Assembly (NCBI GenBank): GCA_002419365.1 | Contig: DIGA01000116.1 | Span: 6,826-70,825, forward strand | Source of the DNA: Mageeibacillus sp. UBA5734 | Lineage (GTDB): Bacteria > Bacillota > Clostridia > Saccharofermentanales > UBA5734 | DNA length: 64,000 nt | Direction of reading: 5' to 3' | In this document: positions 19,490-31,002 of the stretch, in pieces | How the letters are laid out: each line of letters opens with the position of its first letter | Position numbering within the stretch: position 1 is the first letter of the stretch | Position numbers and translations under genes: made by a program | The notes under the pieces: model-generated | What the model was told of the DNA's origin: nothing | The model's input: the letters and a program-made list of their open reading frames with translations, nothing else | The model's database searches: none

Positions 19490-20482
19490 TTAAGCCTCCT
19501 GGGCCTGGACGGCCGTGATGGCGACGACGCCGACGATGTCGTCAGCAGAACAGCCGCGGGAAAGATCGTTGACGGGACGGGCGATGCCCTGGGTAACCGG
19601 GCCATAGGCCTCGGCTTTGGCCAGGCGCTGGACCAGCTTGTAGCCGATATTGCCGGCATTGAGGTCCGGGAAGATCAGGACATTGGCTTTGCCTGCGACC
19701 GGGCTCTGCGGAGCCTTGCTCTTGCCGACCGAGGGGACGATCGCAGCGTCGAGCTGCAGCTCGCCGTCAAGTGCCAGATCCGGCGCCTTTTCCTTGGCCA
19801 GGCGGGTAGCCTCGACCACCTTGTCGACCAGCGGATTTTTGGCTGAACCGTAGGTGGAGTAGGACAGCATGGCCACAGTCGGCTCCAGGTCCGTCAGCTG
19901 GCGGAAGGATTTGGCAGAGGACAGGGCGATTTCGGAGAGCTGGTCGGCGTCCGGGTTTTCCATCAGGCCGGCATCCGAGAACAGGAACAGTCCGTCAGCG
20001 CCGAATTCACAATCCGGCACATCCATGATGAAGAACGAGGAAACCAGCTTCGTGCCCGGTGCGGTCTTGAGGATCTGCAAGGCGGGGCGCAGGGTGTTGG
20101 CGGTGGAATTGATCGCGCCGGCAACCATACCATCGGCGGCCTGCTGTTTGACCATCATGACACCATAGAAGAGCGGGTCGAGCATGGTCTTCTGGGCCTG
20201 CTCCGGTGTCACGCCCTTGGATTTGCGCATTTCATAGAATGCATCCACATAGGCAGCGTAATCTTTGCTCGTAGCCGGGTCGATGATGGTGGCTCCTGAG
20301 ATGTCCCACTGCGGTGCAACTGCTTTCACACTCGCAGGATCTCCGATCAGGACGATGTTGGCGATGCCTTTTTCCAGTATCTTGGCGCAAGCTTCGATGG
20401 TCCGCGGGTCCGATGCCTCCGGCAATACAATGGTCTTTTTGTCGCTTCTGGCTTTGTCAAAGATCTTGTCAATGAATCCCAT
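19490..20482 (-). CDS. pta: phosphate acetyltransferase
   Basis: 330-aa PTA_PTB-only form. Stop lies 3 nt upstream of the ackA start. Confidence 0.95.
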   Translation of the reverse strand: MGFIDKIFDKARSDKKTIVLPEASDPRTIEACAKILEKGIANIVLIGDPASVKAVAPQWDISGATIIDPATSKDYAAYVDAFYEMRKSKGVTPEQAQKTMLDPLFYGVMMVKQQAADGMVAGAINSTANTLRPALQILKTAPGTKLVSSFFIMDVPDCEFGADGLFLFSDAGLMENPDADQLSEIALSSAKSFRQLTDLEPTVAMLSYSTYGSAKNPLVDKVVEATRLAKEKAPDLALDGELQLDAAIVPSVGKSKAPQSPVAGKANVLIFPDLNAGNIGYKLVQRLAKAEAYGPVTQGIARPVNDLSRGCSADDIVGVVAITAVQAQEA

Positions 20483-20580
20483 GCTTCTTACCTCTTTTTT
20501 CTATTAACCGACCCCGGCTGCAATCGGCCGGACAGTGCCGGCTTCCGGATGGACAGCTTGTTCTTTTTAGAACACACTAC

Positions 20581-20609
20581 AGTATAGCCGAAAGGCCAGA
20601 AACTGCCAA
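20581..20609 (-). promoter_or_regulatory. candidate promoter of pta-ackA
   Basis: On the minus strand: TTGGCA (20604-20609), 17 nt, TATACT (20581-20586). Confidence 0.45.
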
Positions 20610-20661
20610 CAGCAAATGGCCTTCCCTGGTCAAAATATGCCCCTGATTGGCGGTGTTGGTA

Positions 20662-21987
20662 TCACGACATTGCCAGCAGTGCCAGGATGTTGTCGCGGGC
20701 GGTCATGGTGACCACGCCCTGGCTGTCCTGGCGGAAAATGGCATCAAGAACCGAACTGGTCGGACTGGTGGCCCGATGCCAGCTGAGCCGTTCCACCGCT
20801 CGCCGGTAAAGCGGTTCATGTCCGGCGATGCGGGCGATCCTGGCCGTCAAGGCCAGGCCGGCCAGGGATTCCTCGGCCGTACCGGGCTGGCCCTGGGTGA
20901 TGTGATAGGTCGAGTACAGGACATTGTCGTTCAGCAGATGTTCCAGGAGCCAGCTCAGGGTCCGTGGGTCGAGCTGGCCGATTTCAGCCAGATGCAGCGC
21001 ACAGGCCAGGGACTCCTGCAGATCGACTACAGGTGTGGGGCGGATGAACCGGACATAGCCTTGCTGACTGGTCGCAAAGCCATATGCGTATAATGGCAGA
21101 GCTTCACTGATCAGGCCTTCCTGGACCAGAGACACGGCTTCGGCATAGCGGTTTTCCAGAGTTGGATCCAGTTCGGCCAATGCCTTCAAGGCGGGCAAGT
21201 CGAGGGCAGCCAGACGGATCACTGGATCACCGGCATAACTTGCCGCTTCCTGTTCTGTTGTGGGTTCCGGACGCGGTGTTGGTGTGGCAGCAGGGTCTTG
21301 TGTCGGAGCGGAAGTCGGAATGGCAACCAGCTGATCTGGTGCCAGGCCTGTGCCGATGACCTGGGCCAGGACGCCAGCCAGCCCAGTCTCCTCTTGGTTG
21401 AGCGAATCACTGGGCCACTTGGCGTAGGCCAAGGCCAGGACTCTCAGATAGAGCAAAGAATCCGGCCAGGACTCAGAATCATCCGCAGCAGGTTCCAGTT
21501 GGGTGCCCGAGTCCAGGCCGGTCATCATCTCCAGCGGATCATCCACAACCCTGTTCCGCACAGGATAGACCAGACCTCGTGGACTCAGGAAATACGTCCG
21601 GAACTGCCTGTTCCATTGGTCAAATGAAGATTTTCTGCCTTGTTCGGCCAGCCAGAATCCATAGAGCAACTGGTCCTGGGCAATCCATTCACCCGACCAT
21701 TGAGCCGGGAGACCGAGCTCAGTGTTGGCCTGCTGAAACCAGGATACAAAGCCCACATCGGTCATCAAGTTGCTCTGCAAACGGACTTCGATCTTTTTAA
21801 TTTCTTCCGGCTGGATGGATGCGGCAAACGATGCTGCAGCTTGCGATCCAGGCACGGTGAAGGGCCGGTCTGGCGGCGCAGATAGCTGAAACCACACCAG
21901 CGCTCCTGATGCAGCCAGCAGCAGGAACAACACGATGAACAGCCATTTGGCTTTGCCGGGGTGATTGCTTGATCCGATCGTTGCCAT
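20662..21987 (-). CDS. hypothetical membrane-anchored extracytoplasmic protein
   Basis: 441 aa with an N-terminal anchor (WLFIVLFLLLAASGALVWF) and two helical-looking halves joined by a Pro/Thr-rich linker (PTSAPTQDPAATPTPRPEPTTEQ). No confident family. Confidence 0.6.
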   Translation of the reverse strand: MATIGSSNHPGKAKWLFIVLFLLLAASGALVWFQLSAPPDRPFTVPGSQAAASFAASIQPEEIKKIEVRLQSNLMTDVGFVSWFQQANTELGLPAQWSGEWIAQDQLLYGFWLAEQGRKSSFDQWNRQFRTYFLSPRGLVYPVRNRVVDDPLEMMTGLDSGTQLEPAADDSESWPDSLLYLRVLALAYAKWPSDSLNQEETGLAGVLAQVIGTGLAPDQLVAIPTSAPTQDPAATPTPRPEPTTEQEAASYAGDPVIRLAALDLPALKALAELDPTLENRYAEAVSLVQEGLISEALPLYAYGFATSQQGYVRFIRPTPVVDLQESLACALHLAEIGQLDPRTLSWLLEHLLNDNVLYSTYHITQGQPGTAEESLAGLALTARIARIAGHEPLYRRAVERLSWHRATSPTSSVLDAIFRQDSQGVVTMTARDNILALLAMS

Positions 21988-22019
21988 ATGCCGCCATCAT
22001 AGCAGAATTGCTCCGCCAC

Positions 22020-22028
22020 TGCTATAAT
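22020..22028 (+). promoter_or_regulatory. extended -10 element (TGCTATAAT) directly upstream of tmcAL
   Basis: TGCTATAAT at 22020-22028. The ATG is at 22038, and no Shine-Dalgarno sequence lies between them. Confidence 0.35.
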
Positions 22029-22037
22029 CGTCCACAT

Positions 22038-23309
22038 ATGAAAACTGCTGGAATCATCGTTGAATACAATCCCTTGCACAATGGCCATGCCTGGCAGCTG
22101 AAAAAGGTCAAAGAGACCTTGGGCAAAGACACTGCTATTGTCGTTGTCATGAGTGGGCCCTTCACACAGAGGGGTGAACCAGCCGTGCTCGACAAGTGGA
22201 CACGTGCCCGCATGGCCCTGGCCTGCGGTGCAAGCCTGGTCCTGGAGCTGCCCGTGCCCTATGCCACGGCCAGCGCCGAGCGTTTTGCCTTTGGCGGTGT
22301 CCAAGTCCTGGCAGCCACCGGCATTACGAAGACCCTGGTTTTTGGCAGCGAACATGGCACCTTGCCTGACCTGTATGATCTGGCCAGTCTCCTGGTCAAT
22401 GAAACACCGGCGTTCAAAGCATCTCTGCAAGGCTACCTCGAGACTGGCCTTTCCTTTGCTGCGGCACGGCAGCTGGCCGTTGCCGCCCAGCTGGGAGACA
22501 GCCAGAAGGCAGCCCTGCTCAAAAGCTCCAATAACATTCTGGGCATTGAATATCTGAAAGCCATCTTGCGCCTGCCGGCGAAAAAACGTCTCGAGCCGGT
22601 GACATTCCAGCGCCAGGGTCAGGGGTATCTGGATCCCTCCCCTGCGTCGCACTTTGCCAGTGCCACGGCCATCCGCCAGGTGATTGCCAGCGGCAGGGAC
22701 AATCCGGCTTATTTACTGCAGCACTTGGCCCATGCCATGCCGCCCGAAGCACTGGGCATCCTGCTGGAGGCAGTTGCCCAAAAAAAAGGCCTGGTCTTGC
22801 ACGAAGATCTGGCGGTCCCGCTCCTGGCCTTGCTCCGGACACGAAAACCAGAGGACCTCCACCCTTATCCAGGCATGGGCGAAGGACTTGCCCAGCGCCT
22901 GCACGAATTTGCCCGCCGGCCGGAAGGTCAAGACAGCAGGGAGGCCCGTCTCAGCCAGCTGGTTGAATCTGCCATGAGCCGGCGCCTGCCGCGAACCCGA
23001 GTCCAGCGCGCACTGCTGCATCTGCTGTTGAACCTGACCACCTCCGATCTCGAGCAATTCGATACCGCAGGGGGTCCCGCCTACATCCGGGTCCTGGGCT
23101 TTGACAAAAACGGCCGCTACTTGTTGAAACTGATGCGCCAGAAGGCCAGCTTGCCGGTCATCACCCGCGGCTCGGATTTCCATGAACACTTGAATGACAT
23201 CAATCTGCAGCGCCAGACTCAGTTTGACCTGGCCGGAACCGACCTCTGGTCGATCCTGGCCGGATCGAGTTCTGGCACCGATTTTGACAGGCCTGTTGTC
23301 ATTCGCTAA
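22038..23309 (+). CDS. tmcAL: tRNA(Met) cytidine acetate ligase (YlbM/TmcAL family nucleotidyltransferase)
   Basis: [22 protein letters not shown]-terminus, characteristic of TmcAL. Start set at ATG 22038 inside track ORF 21969-23309. Confidence 0.8.
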   Translation: MKTAGIIVEYNPLHNGHAWQLKKVKETLGKDTAIVVVMSGPFTQRGEPAVLDKWTRARMALACGASLVLELPVPYATASAERFAFGGVQVLAATGITKTLVFGSEHGTLPDLYDLASLLVNETPAFKASLQGYLETGLSFAAARQLAVAAQLGDSQKAALLKSSNNILGIEYLKAILRLPAKKRLEPVTFQRQGQGYLDPSPASHFASATAIRQVIASGRDNPAYLLQHLAHAMPPEALGILLEAVAQKKGLVLHEDLAVPLLALLRTRKPEDLHPYPGMGEGLAQRLHEFARRPEGQDSREARLSQLVESAMSRRLPRTRVQRALLHLLLNLTTSDLEQFDTAGGPAYIRVLGFDKNGRYLLKLMRQKASLPVITRGSDFHEHLNDINLQRQTQFDLAGTDLWSILAGSSSGTDFDRPVVIR

Positions 23310-23383
23310 AATCCACACGTACCCCTGATTTCAGACCGGGACACAAACAATCGATCGTCACATCAGAAAGTGAGTATTGCCCC

Positions 23384-24616
23384 ATGTCAAACCAGAACGT
23401 TTATGATCTGCTCAAGGACCGCGGCTACCTGGCCCAGGTCACACACGAGGCGGAAGTCCGCGAATTGCTGGGCAAGCCGGGGGTGACATTCTATATCGGC
23501 TTTGATCCGACCGCAGACAGCCTCCATGTCGGCCATTTCGTCCAGATGATGGTCATGGCCCACATGCAGAAAGCCGGGCATCGCCCGATCGCCCTGATCG
23601 GAGGCGGAACGGCCATGATCGGTGATCCGTCCGGACGCTCGGATTTGCGCCAGATCATGACAACAGAAACCATCCAGCACAATGGTGACCGTTTCAAAGA
23701 GCAGATGAAGATCCTGATTGATTTTTCCGATGGCAAGGCCTTGATGATCAACAACGCCGACTGGTTGTTGCAGCTCAATTATGTCGATTTCCTGCGCGAC
23801 ATCGGGCCCCATTTTTCGGTCAACCGCATGCTGACGGCCGAATGCTACAAGAACCGCATGGAACAGGGCCTGACGTTCCTTGAATTCAACTACATGCTGA
23901 TGCAGTCTTATGATTTCCTGGTCCTGTACCGCCAGCACCAGTGCCAGATGCAGCTGGGCGGGGACGACCAGTGGTCCAACATCCTCGGCGGCGTCGACCT
24001 GATCCGCAGAAAAGACCAGGGAGCTGCTTTTGGCATGACCTTCCGCCTCCTGACCACCAGTGCCGGTACCAAGATGGGCAAGACAGCCAAGGGTGCTGTC
24101 TGGCTTGATCCGGCCAAGACCAGTCCGTTCGAATTCTACCAGTACTGGCGCAACATTGATGACGCCGATGTCATCAATTGCCTCAAGCTCCTGACCTTCC
24201 TGCCACTCGAGGAAATTGCCGAGTATGCCCGGCTCCAGGATGCCGCGATCAATGAAGCCAAGAAGCGGCTTGCCCTGGAAGTGACAACCATCGTCCATGG
24301 GTCTGAAGCTGCTGCTGCTGCCCGGTCCCAGGCGGAAGACCTGTTTGAAAAAGGGGGGCGTTCGGAGCAGATGGCCAGCACTTCTTTAACCCAGGCTGAC
24401 CTGGAAGCGGGCCTCCCCTTGCTGGATGCGCTGCTCATGGCCAAACTGATCCCTTCCAAAGGCGAAGGCAGACGTCTGGTCGCCCAGGGCGGCATCACCC
24501 TGAACGATGCTGTGATCACCGATTTTGCCCGGCTCCTGAAGCCTGAAGATTTTGGAACCGGTGAAGCCATCGTGCGCAAGGGCAAGAAAACCTATCATCG
24601 CTTCACCATCTCCTGA
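23384..24616 (+). CDS. tyrS: tyrosine--tRNA ligase
   Basis: HIGH-type motif DSLHVGH, KMSKS-type motif KMGKT, and a C-terminal S4-like domain. Confidence 0.95.
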   Translation: MSNQNVYDLLKDRGYLAQVTHEAEVRELLGKPGVTFYIGFDPTADSLHVGHFVQMMVMAHMQKAGHRPIALIGGGTAMIGDPSGRSDLRQIMTTETIQHNGDRFKEQMKILIDFSDGKALMINNADWLLQLNYVDFLRDIGPHFSVNRMLTAECYKNRMEQGLTFLEFNYMLMQSYDFLVLYRQHQCQMQLGGDDQWSNILGGVDLIRRKDQGAAFGMTFRLLTTSAGTKMGKTAKGAVWLDPAKTSPFEFYQYWRNIDDADVINCLKLLTFLPLEEIAEYARLQDAAINEAKKRLALEVTTIVHGSEAAAAARSQAEDLFEKGGRSEQMASTSLTQADLEAGLPLLDALLMAKLIPSKGEGRRLVAQGGITLNDAVITDFARLLKPEDFGTGEAIVRKGKKTYHRFTIS

Positions 24617-24651
24617 TATCCTCGATACAATTTCGAATCTGAAAGACGAAG

Positions 24652-24694
24652 GGGGCTGTCCCAGAGCATGTTGGCTTGGGGACAGTCCCTTTAT
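24652..24694 (+). terminator. intrinsic terminator after tyrS
   Basis: 11-bp stem (24652-24662 with 24679-24689, one G:T pair) followed by TTTAT. Confidence 0.6.
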
Positions 24695-24792
24695 CCTGTC
24701 AAGCACTCCAGGCAGGCTCTGAAGAACCTGCCCTTGTTGTGGGCGCGAGGGTATGATCCAGGTTGAGGTTTCTCAAGACTGCGCCGGACATG

Positions 24793-24824
24793 AAAAAAGG
24801 GCCACTTCTTTGATGAAGCGACCC
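24793..24824 (-). terminator. intrinsic terminator after rpsT
   Basis: On the minus strand: GGGUCGCUUC, loop aucaaa, GAAGUGGCCC (two G:U pairs), then UUUUUU (forward A-run 24793-24798). Confidence 0.7.
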
Positions 24825-24855
24825 TTCCTGTCAAAATCACGTGAGTGGAACCCAA

Positions 24856-25119
24856 TTATTTGCCCAGATTGTTCAGGGCCTTGGCCAGACGGGATTTCTT
24901 GCGAGCTACGGTATTCTTGTGCAGGTAGCCTTTGGCCGCGGCTTTGTCGAGTGTGGCCTGGGTCGATTGGATCATATCGGCAGCACCTTCCACAGAAGAG
25001 GCCACAGCGGCTTTGGTCTTCTTGACGGCTGTGCGAATCTCGCTTTTCTTGATCTTGTTGGCAGCGGTCTTTTTGGCGATAACCTTGACGCGCTTGATGG
25101 CTGACTTGATATTCGGCAT
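24856..25119 (-). CDS. rpsT: 30S ribosomal protein S20
   Basis: MPNIKSAIKRVKVIAKKTAANKIKKSEIRTAVKK...; 87 aa. Confidence 0.95.
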   Translation of the reverse strand: MPNIKSAIKRVKVIAKKTAANKIKKSEIRTAVKKTKAAVASSVEGAADMIQSTQATLDKAAAKGYLHKNTVARKKSRLAKALNNLGK

Positions 25120-25175
25120 GTCTTTTCACCTCCCGGGAAGACGCAATGATTGCGTTTCGTTTTTTGCACTGATGT

Positions 25176-25204
25176 ATTCTAGCATGCAGATCCCCCCTTG
25201 GCAA
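25176..25204 (-). promoter_or_regulatory. candidate promoter of rpsT
   Basis: On the minus strand: TTGCCA (25199-25204), 17 nt, TAGAAT (25176-25181), preceded by TGc (extended -10). Confidence 0.55.
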
Positions 25205-25299
25205 GACTCTCCGTAACATAAAAAGATACCCAAGACAGAAAAGGCGTGTTAAGATGGGAACAGATGAAAATCTATTTATCTGGAGGAAATAACACAGTT

Positions 25300-27309
25300 A
25301 TGCCCGAAAATTCCAAATCGAAACCCAGCCGGCCGGCGCCGAACGCCCCCGGATCTATTAAAGTTGAGCCACGTGCCAAACAGGCCACAGGGACTCAAAG
25401 TCAGCGCACCGGTAAGAAACCTGCGCCTGTACCGCCAGCACAGGGACAAACCCGGCAGAAAAGCATGCCAAAGCCATCCGTTCCCGTGACACAGGCGCAG
25501 CGACCCCGGTCAGAGGGCAAGCCCGCGACCGGACAACAGCAGCGCGCGCAGCGTCCAGCTGCCAGCGCGCACAAACCTGCCTCCCCCCACAAGACCAGGC
25601 AGGCGGCAGGACAACAGCCCACTGGTCACAAGCGCTCTGCCACTTCGCGCCTGAAAGTCATCCCCCTGGGTGGCATGCGCGAGATCGGCAAGAACATGAC
25701 CGTTTATGAATACGGTGACGACATGATCATTGTCGATTGCGGCATCGCCTTCCCAGCAGAAGACATGCCCGGTATCGATGTCGTCATTCCTGATTTCACC
25801 TATGTCATCAACAATCGCCAGAAATTGCGAGGCATCTTCATCACCCACGGCCACGAAGACCACATCGGTGCCTTGCCCTATCTCCTGAAGGACATCAAAG
25901 CCCCGGTCTATGCCAATCACCTGACCATCGAGCTGATCAGCCGCAAGATCGAAGATCGCGGCACGGGGGTTAAAAATGCCCAGCTGATCAAGGTCAGCGA
26001 CGGGGATGTGGTCGGAGTTGGCAACTTCTCGATCGAATTCATCCATGTCAACCACAGCATCGAGGATGCCAATGCCCTGGCTATCCGGACGCCTGCCGGC
26101 ATCATCTACCACTCCGGAGACTTCAAGATCGACCACACTCCGATCCATGGCAAACCGATGGACCTGACCCGGATCGGCGCGATCGGCGACGAAGGGGTCT
26201 TGCTGATGGTCTGTGAAAGCACCAACATCGAGAAAAAAGGCTACACGCCCTCTGAACGCAAAGTTGGGGATTCACTGGCTGAACTTTTCGGCAAAGCTGA
26301 AGGTCGCATCTTTGTTACCACCTTCTCTTCCAACGTTTCGCGCGTGCAGCAGATCTTCACAGCCGCCGAGCGATACAACCGCAAGGTCGCCCTGATCGGC
26401 CGCAGCATGGTCAATGTCTTTGACGCGGCCAACTCGCTCGGCTACATCGACATGCAGCCGGACACGCTGATTGATGTCAACCAGATCGACCGCTATCCGG
26501 CCGACAAGCTGGTCCTGATCACGACCGGCAGCCAGGGCGAACCGATGTCAGCCCTGACCCGGATGGCTTTCTCCGAACATCGCACCGTTGAAATCGTTCC
26601 AGGGGATACCGTGATCCTGTCCTCCTCCGCGATTCCCGGCAATGAGAAATCAGTCTACCGGGTCATCAACGAGCTGTATCGTCGCGGTGCCCACGTTATT
26701 TATGAGTCATTGTCCGAAATCCATGTCTCAGGCCATGCCTACCAGGAAGAACTCAAACTGCTGCACAATCTGGTCCGACCCCGCTACTTTATTCCGGCTC
26801 ATGGCGAATACAGGCATCTGTATCGCCATGCCGAGCTGGCCAACCAGCTGGGCAGCCCATGGGAGAGTATCTTCGTCCTGGGCAACGGGGACATCTTTGA
26901 GTTCGAACCCAGCGAGCAGAAGGCGGACATCAGCGGATTTGTCCAGGCCGAAGGAGTCCTGATCGATGGCTCGAGTGCCGGCTACATCGACAACCTCGTC
27001 TTGAAGGACCGCCGCCTGCTGTCAGATGACGGTGTCGTAGCCATTTTCATTGCTGTCGACGACAAAGCCAATACGCTCGTCGGTCAGCCTGACATCCAGA
27101 CCCGCGGTTTCATGTACGAAAGCGAAAGTGAACGCGTCATCCTGGAAACCCAGAAAAAAATCGCTGCCTTTGCCCGCAAAACCGACCAGGCCAGCAAACC
27201 TCTGGCCGCCATGCTGGCGAGCAACCACCTCAAGGACCAGCTCAGGGACTTGCTTTTTGAGCGCACCCGCCGCCGTCCTGTGATCCTGGTTTCAGTGCTG
27301 ACTGTCTGA
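25300..27309 (+). CDS. rnj: ribonuclease J with a basic, low-complexity N-terminal extension of about 117 aa
   Basis: Metallo-beta-lactamase HGHEDH motif and beta-CASP core starting near LKVIPLGGMREIGKN (25651). Start ATG 25300 has GGAGG 13 nt upstream; ATG 25264 is an alternative. Confidence 0.9.
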   Translation: MPENSKSKPSRPAPNAPGSIKVEPRAKQATGTQSQRTGKKPAPVPPAQGQTRQKSMPKPSVPVTQAQRPRSEGKPATGQQQRAQRPAASAHKPASPHKTRQAAGQQPTGHKRSATSRLKVIPLGGMREIGKNMTVYEYGDDMIIVDCGIAFPAEDMPGIDVVIPDFTYVINNRQKLRGIFITHGHEDHIGALPYLLKDIKAPVYANHLTIELISRKIEDRGTGVKNAQLIKVSDGDVVGVGNFSIEFIHVNHSIEDANALAIRTPAGIIYHSGDFKIDHTPIHGKPMDLTRIGAIGDEGVLLMVCESTNIEKKGYTPSERKVGDSLAELFGKAEGRIFVTTFSSNVSRVQQIFTAAERYNRKVALIGRSMVNVFDAANSLGYIDMQPDTLIDVNQIDRYPADKLVLITTGSQGEPMSALTRMAFSEHRTVEIVPGDTVILSSSAIPGNEKSVYRVINELYRRGAHVIYESLSEIHVSGHAYQEELKLLHNLVRPRYFIPAHGEYRHLYRHAELANQLGSPWESIFVLGNGDIFEFEPSEQKADISGFVQAEGVLIDGSSAGYIDNLVLKDRRLLSDDGVVAIFIAVDDKANTLVGQPDIQTRGFMYESESERVILETQKKIAAFARKTDQASKPLAAMLASNHLKDQLRDLLFERTRRRPVILVSVLTV

Positions 27310-28677
27310 TGCTGCGCGACCGCGTGACTCCCGGAATTTCCCGGGGGTCACCCCGGTCATTTTCTTGAAAACTTTTGAGAAATAGCTCTGCCCGTCAAAA
27401 CCAGCCTGGGACGCAATGTCAACCAACGGCACACTGTCATTGAGCAGAAGCTTCTTGGCAGCTTCGACCCGGACCTGGTTAACATAGCTGTTGAAATTAA
27501 CCTTCATCTCATCTTTGAAAATCCGGCTGAAATACGCAGGGCTGAGATAGACCAGTGCTGCGGTTTCTTCGAGTGTCACCTTGCGGGTGTAGTTTTTGCG
27601 GACATAGTCGACAGCCCGGTAGATCACATCGGCGTGCTTGACATGGGCCAAATTGAACACCTGCTCACTGAAGCGGTTCATGATTCCGGACAGCCAGAAG
27701 GCAATCTCATCAACATTGCGGAAGGAATAGATCTTGCCCAGATAAGTGTAATTCAATCCAAAAATCTGGGCGGTGTCTGCACCACCCCGGATCGCAGCAC
27801 GCGACAGGAGAACGACCAGCTCGACGACCCGGGCCCGCATGACTTCGATGCTGCCACTGCTGGAGAAAAAGATATGGCCCAGGATCTCGTTGAGGATTTG
27901 CCTCGCCCCAGCCTTGTCACCGGCTTCGATCCGTTCCAGCAGCTGTTCTTCCTTGGCCATCGGATAATCGAGCAGTGCCGGGTCAACATAGGCGTAGTTT
28001 TTCAAAAAACTGATCTGCTCCCAGAGTTCCGCCTGTAGCTCCCCAGACTGGCGTTTTTCCTCCAGCCTGGCAAAGGTGTGGTCGGACAAACCAGCAGCCG
28101 TCCAGCAAAGCAGTTCACTCAAGCTGTTGACCCGCTCGGTCGAGACCACGGGTATCTCTTTCAGTTTCTGCCACAGTGTCTCCCGGGCCTGTTCGGGCCA
28201 GTCGAGCCTTTCAGCCAAGTCGTCAAAGACCAGATCTTCGGGATCGATCAGATGGACGGGTCCGCCGATCAGGGCACCTACAACCTGGCCCTTTTGAATC
28301 ACCGGACTGGCCCAGTGTGTGAGGCCCAAGGGACAAAAATACACATACTGGCCGCCGAAACGTTCAGCCTGGTAGCACCCATACAGATGGGCATTGCTGC
28401 ACAGAGAGACTGGGCTGTGATGACCGCCATCTGGTTGTGAGCGATCTGGATGTGCGCGCAGCCAGTCCGGTCCCAACTGGCTGGCCAGGTCGCAGATGGC
28501 ACCGTGGGCGGGGACTGGGCTGGTCTCGTACAAAGTCCTGCCAGTTGCATCAATCACCCGGCAGCCGATCTGGCAAGCCCGGCTGAAATGGTCAGCAGCC
28601 ATGCGTGCCTGTCCCAGGTCGATCAGGGGCAATGTTTCGTTTTCTGGCTGGCTGTTGCCAGCGATGAACTCATCCAT
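27292..28677 (-). CDS. AraC-family transcriptional regulator with PocR-like sensory domain
   Basis: PocR-like block YFCPLGLTHWASPVIQKGQVVGALIGGPV. C-terminal AraC HTH block YLSPAYFSRIFKDEMKVNFNSYVNQVRVEAAKKLL. The 3' end overlaps rnj by 18 nt (convergent). Confidence 0.8.
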   Translation of the reverse strand: MDEFIAGNSQPENETLPLIDLGQARMAADHFSRACQIGCRVIDATGRTLYETSPVPAHGAICDLASQLGPDWLRAHPDRSQPDGGHHSPVSLCSNAHLYGCYQAERFGGQYVYFCPLGLTHWASPVIQKGQVVGALIGGPVHLIDPEDLVFDDLAERLDWPEQARETLWQKLKEIPVVSTERVNSLSELLCWTAAGLSDHTFARLEEKRQSGELQAELWEQISFLKNYAYVDPALLDYPMAKEEQLLERIEAGDKAGARQILNEILGHIFFSSSGSIEVMRARVVELVVLLSRAAIRGGADTAQIFGLNYTYLGKIYSFRNVDEIAFWLSGIMNRFSEQVFNLAHVKHADVIYRAVDYVRKNYTRKVTLEETAALVYLSPAYFSRIFKDEMKVNFNSYVNQVRVEAAKKLLLNDSVPLVDIASQAGFDGQSYFSKVFKKMTGVTPGKFRESRGRAASDSQH

Positions 28678-28695
28678 TTTGGCTGTCCTCCCCTG

Positions 28696-30998
<2,303 letters not shown>

Positions 30999-31002
<4 letters not shown>

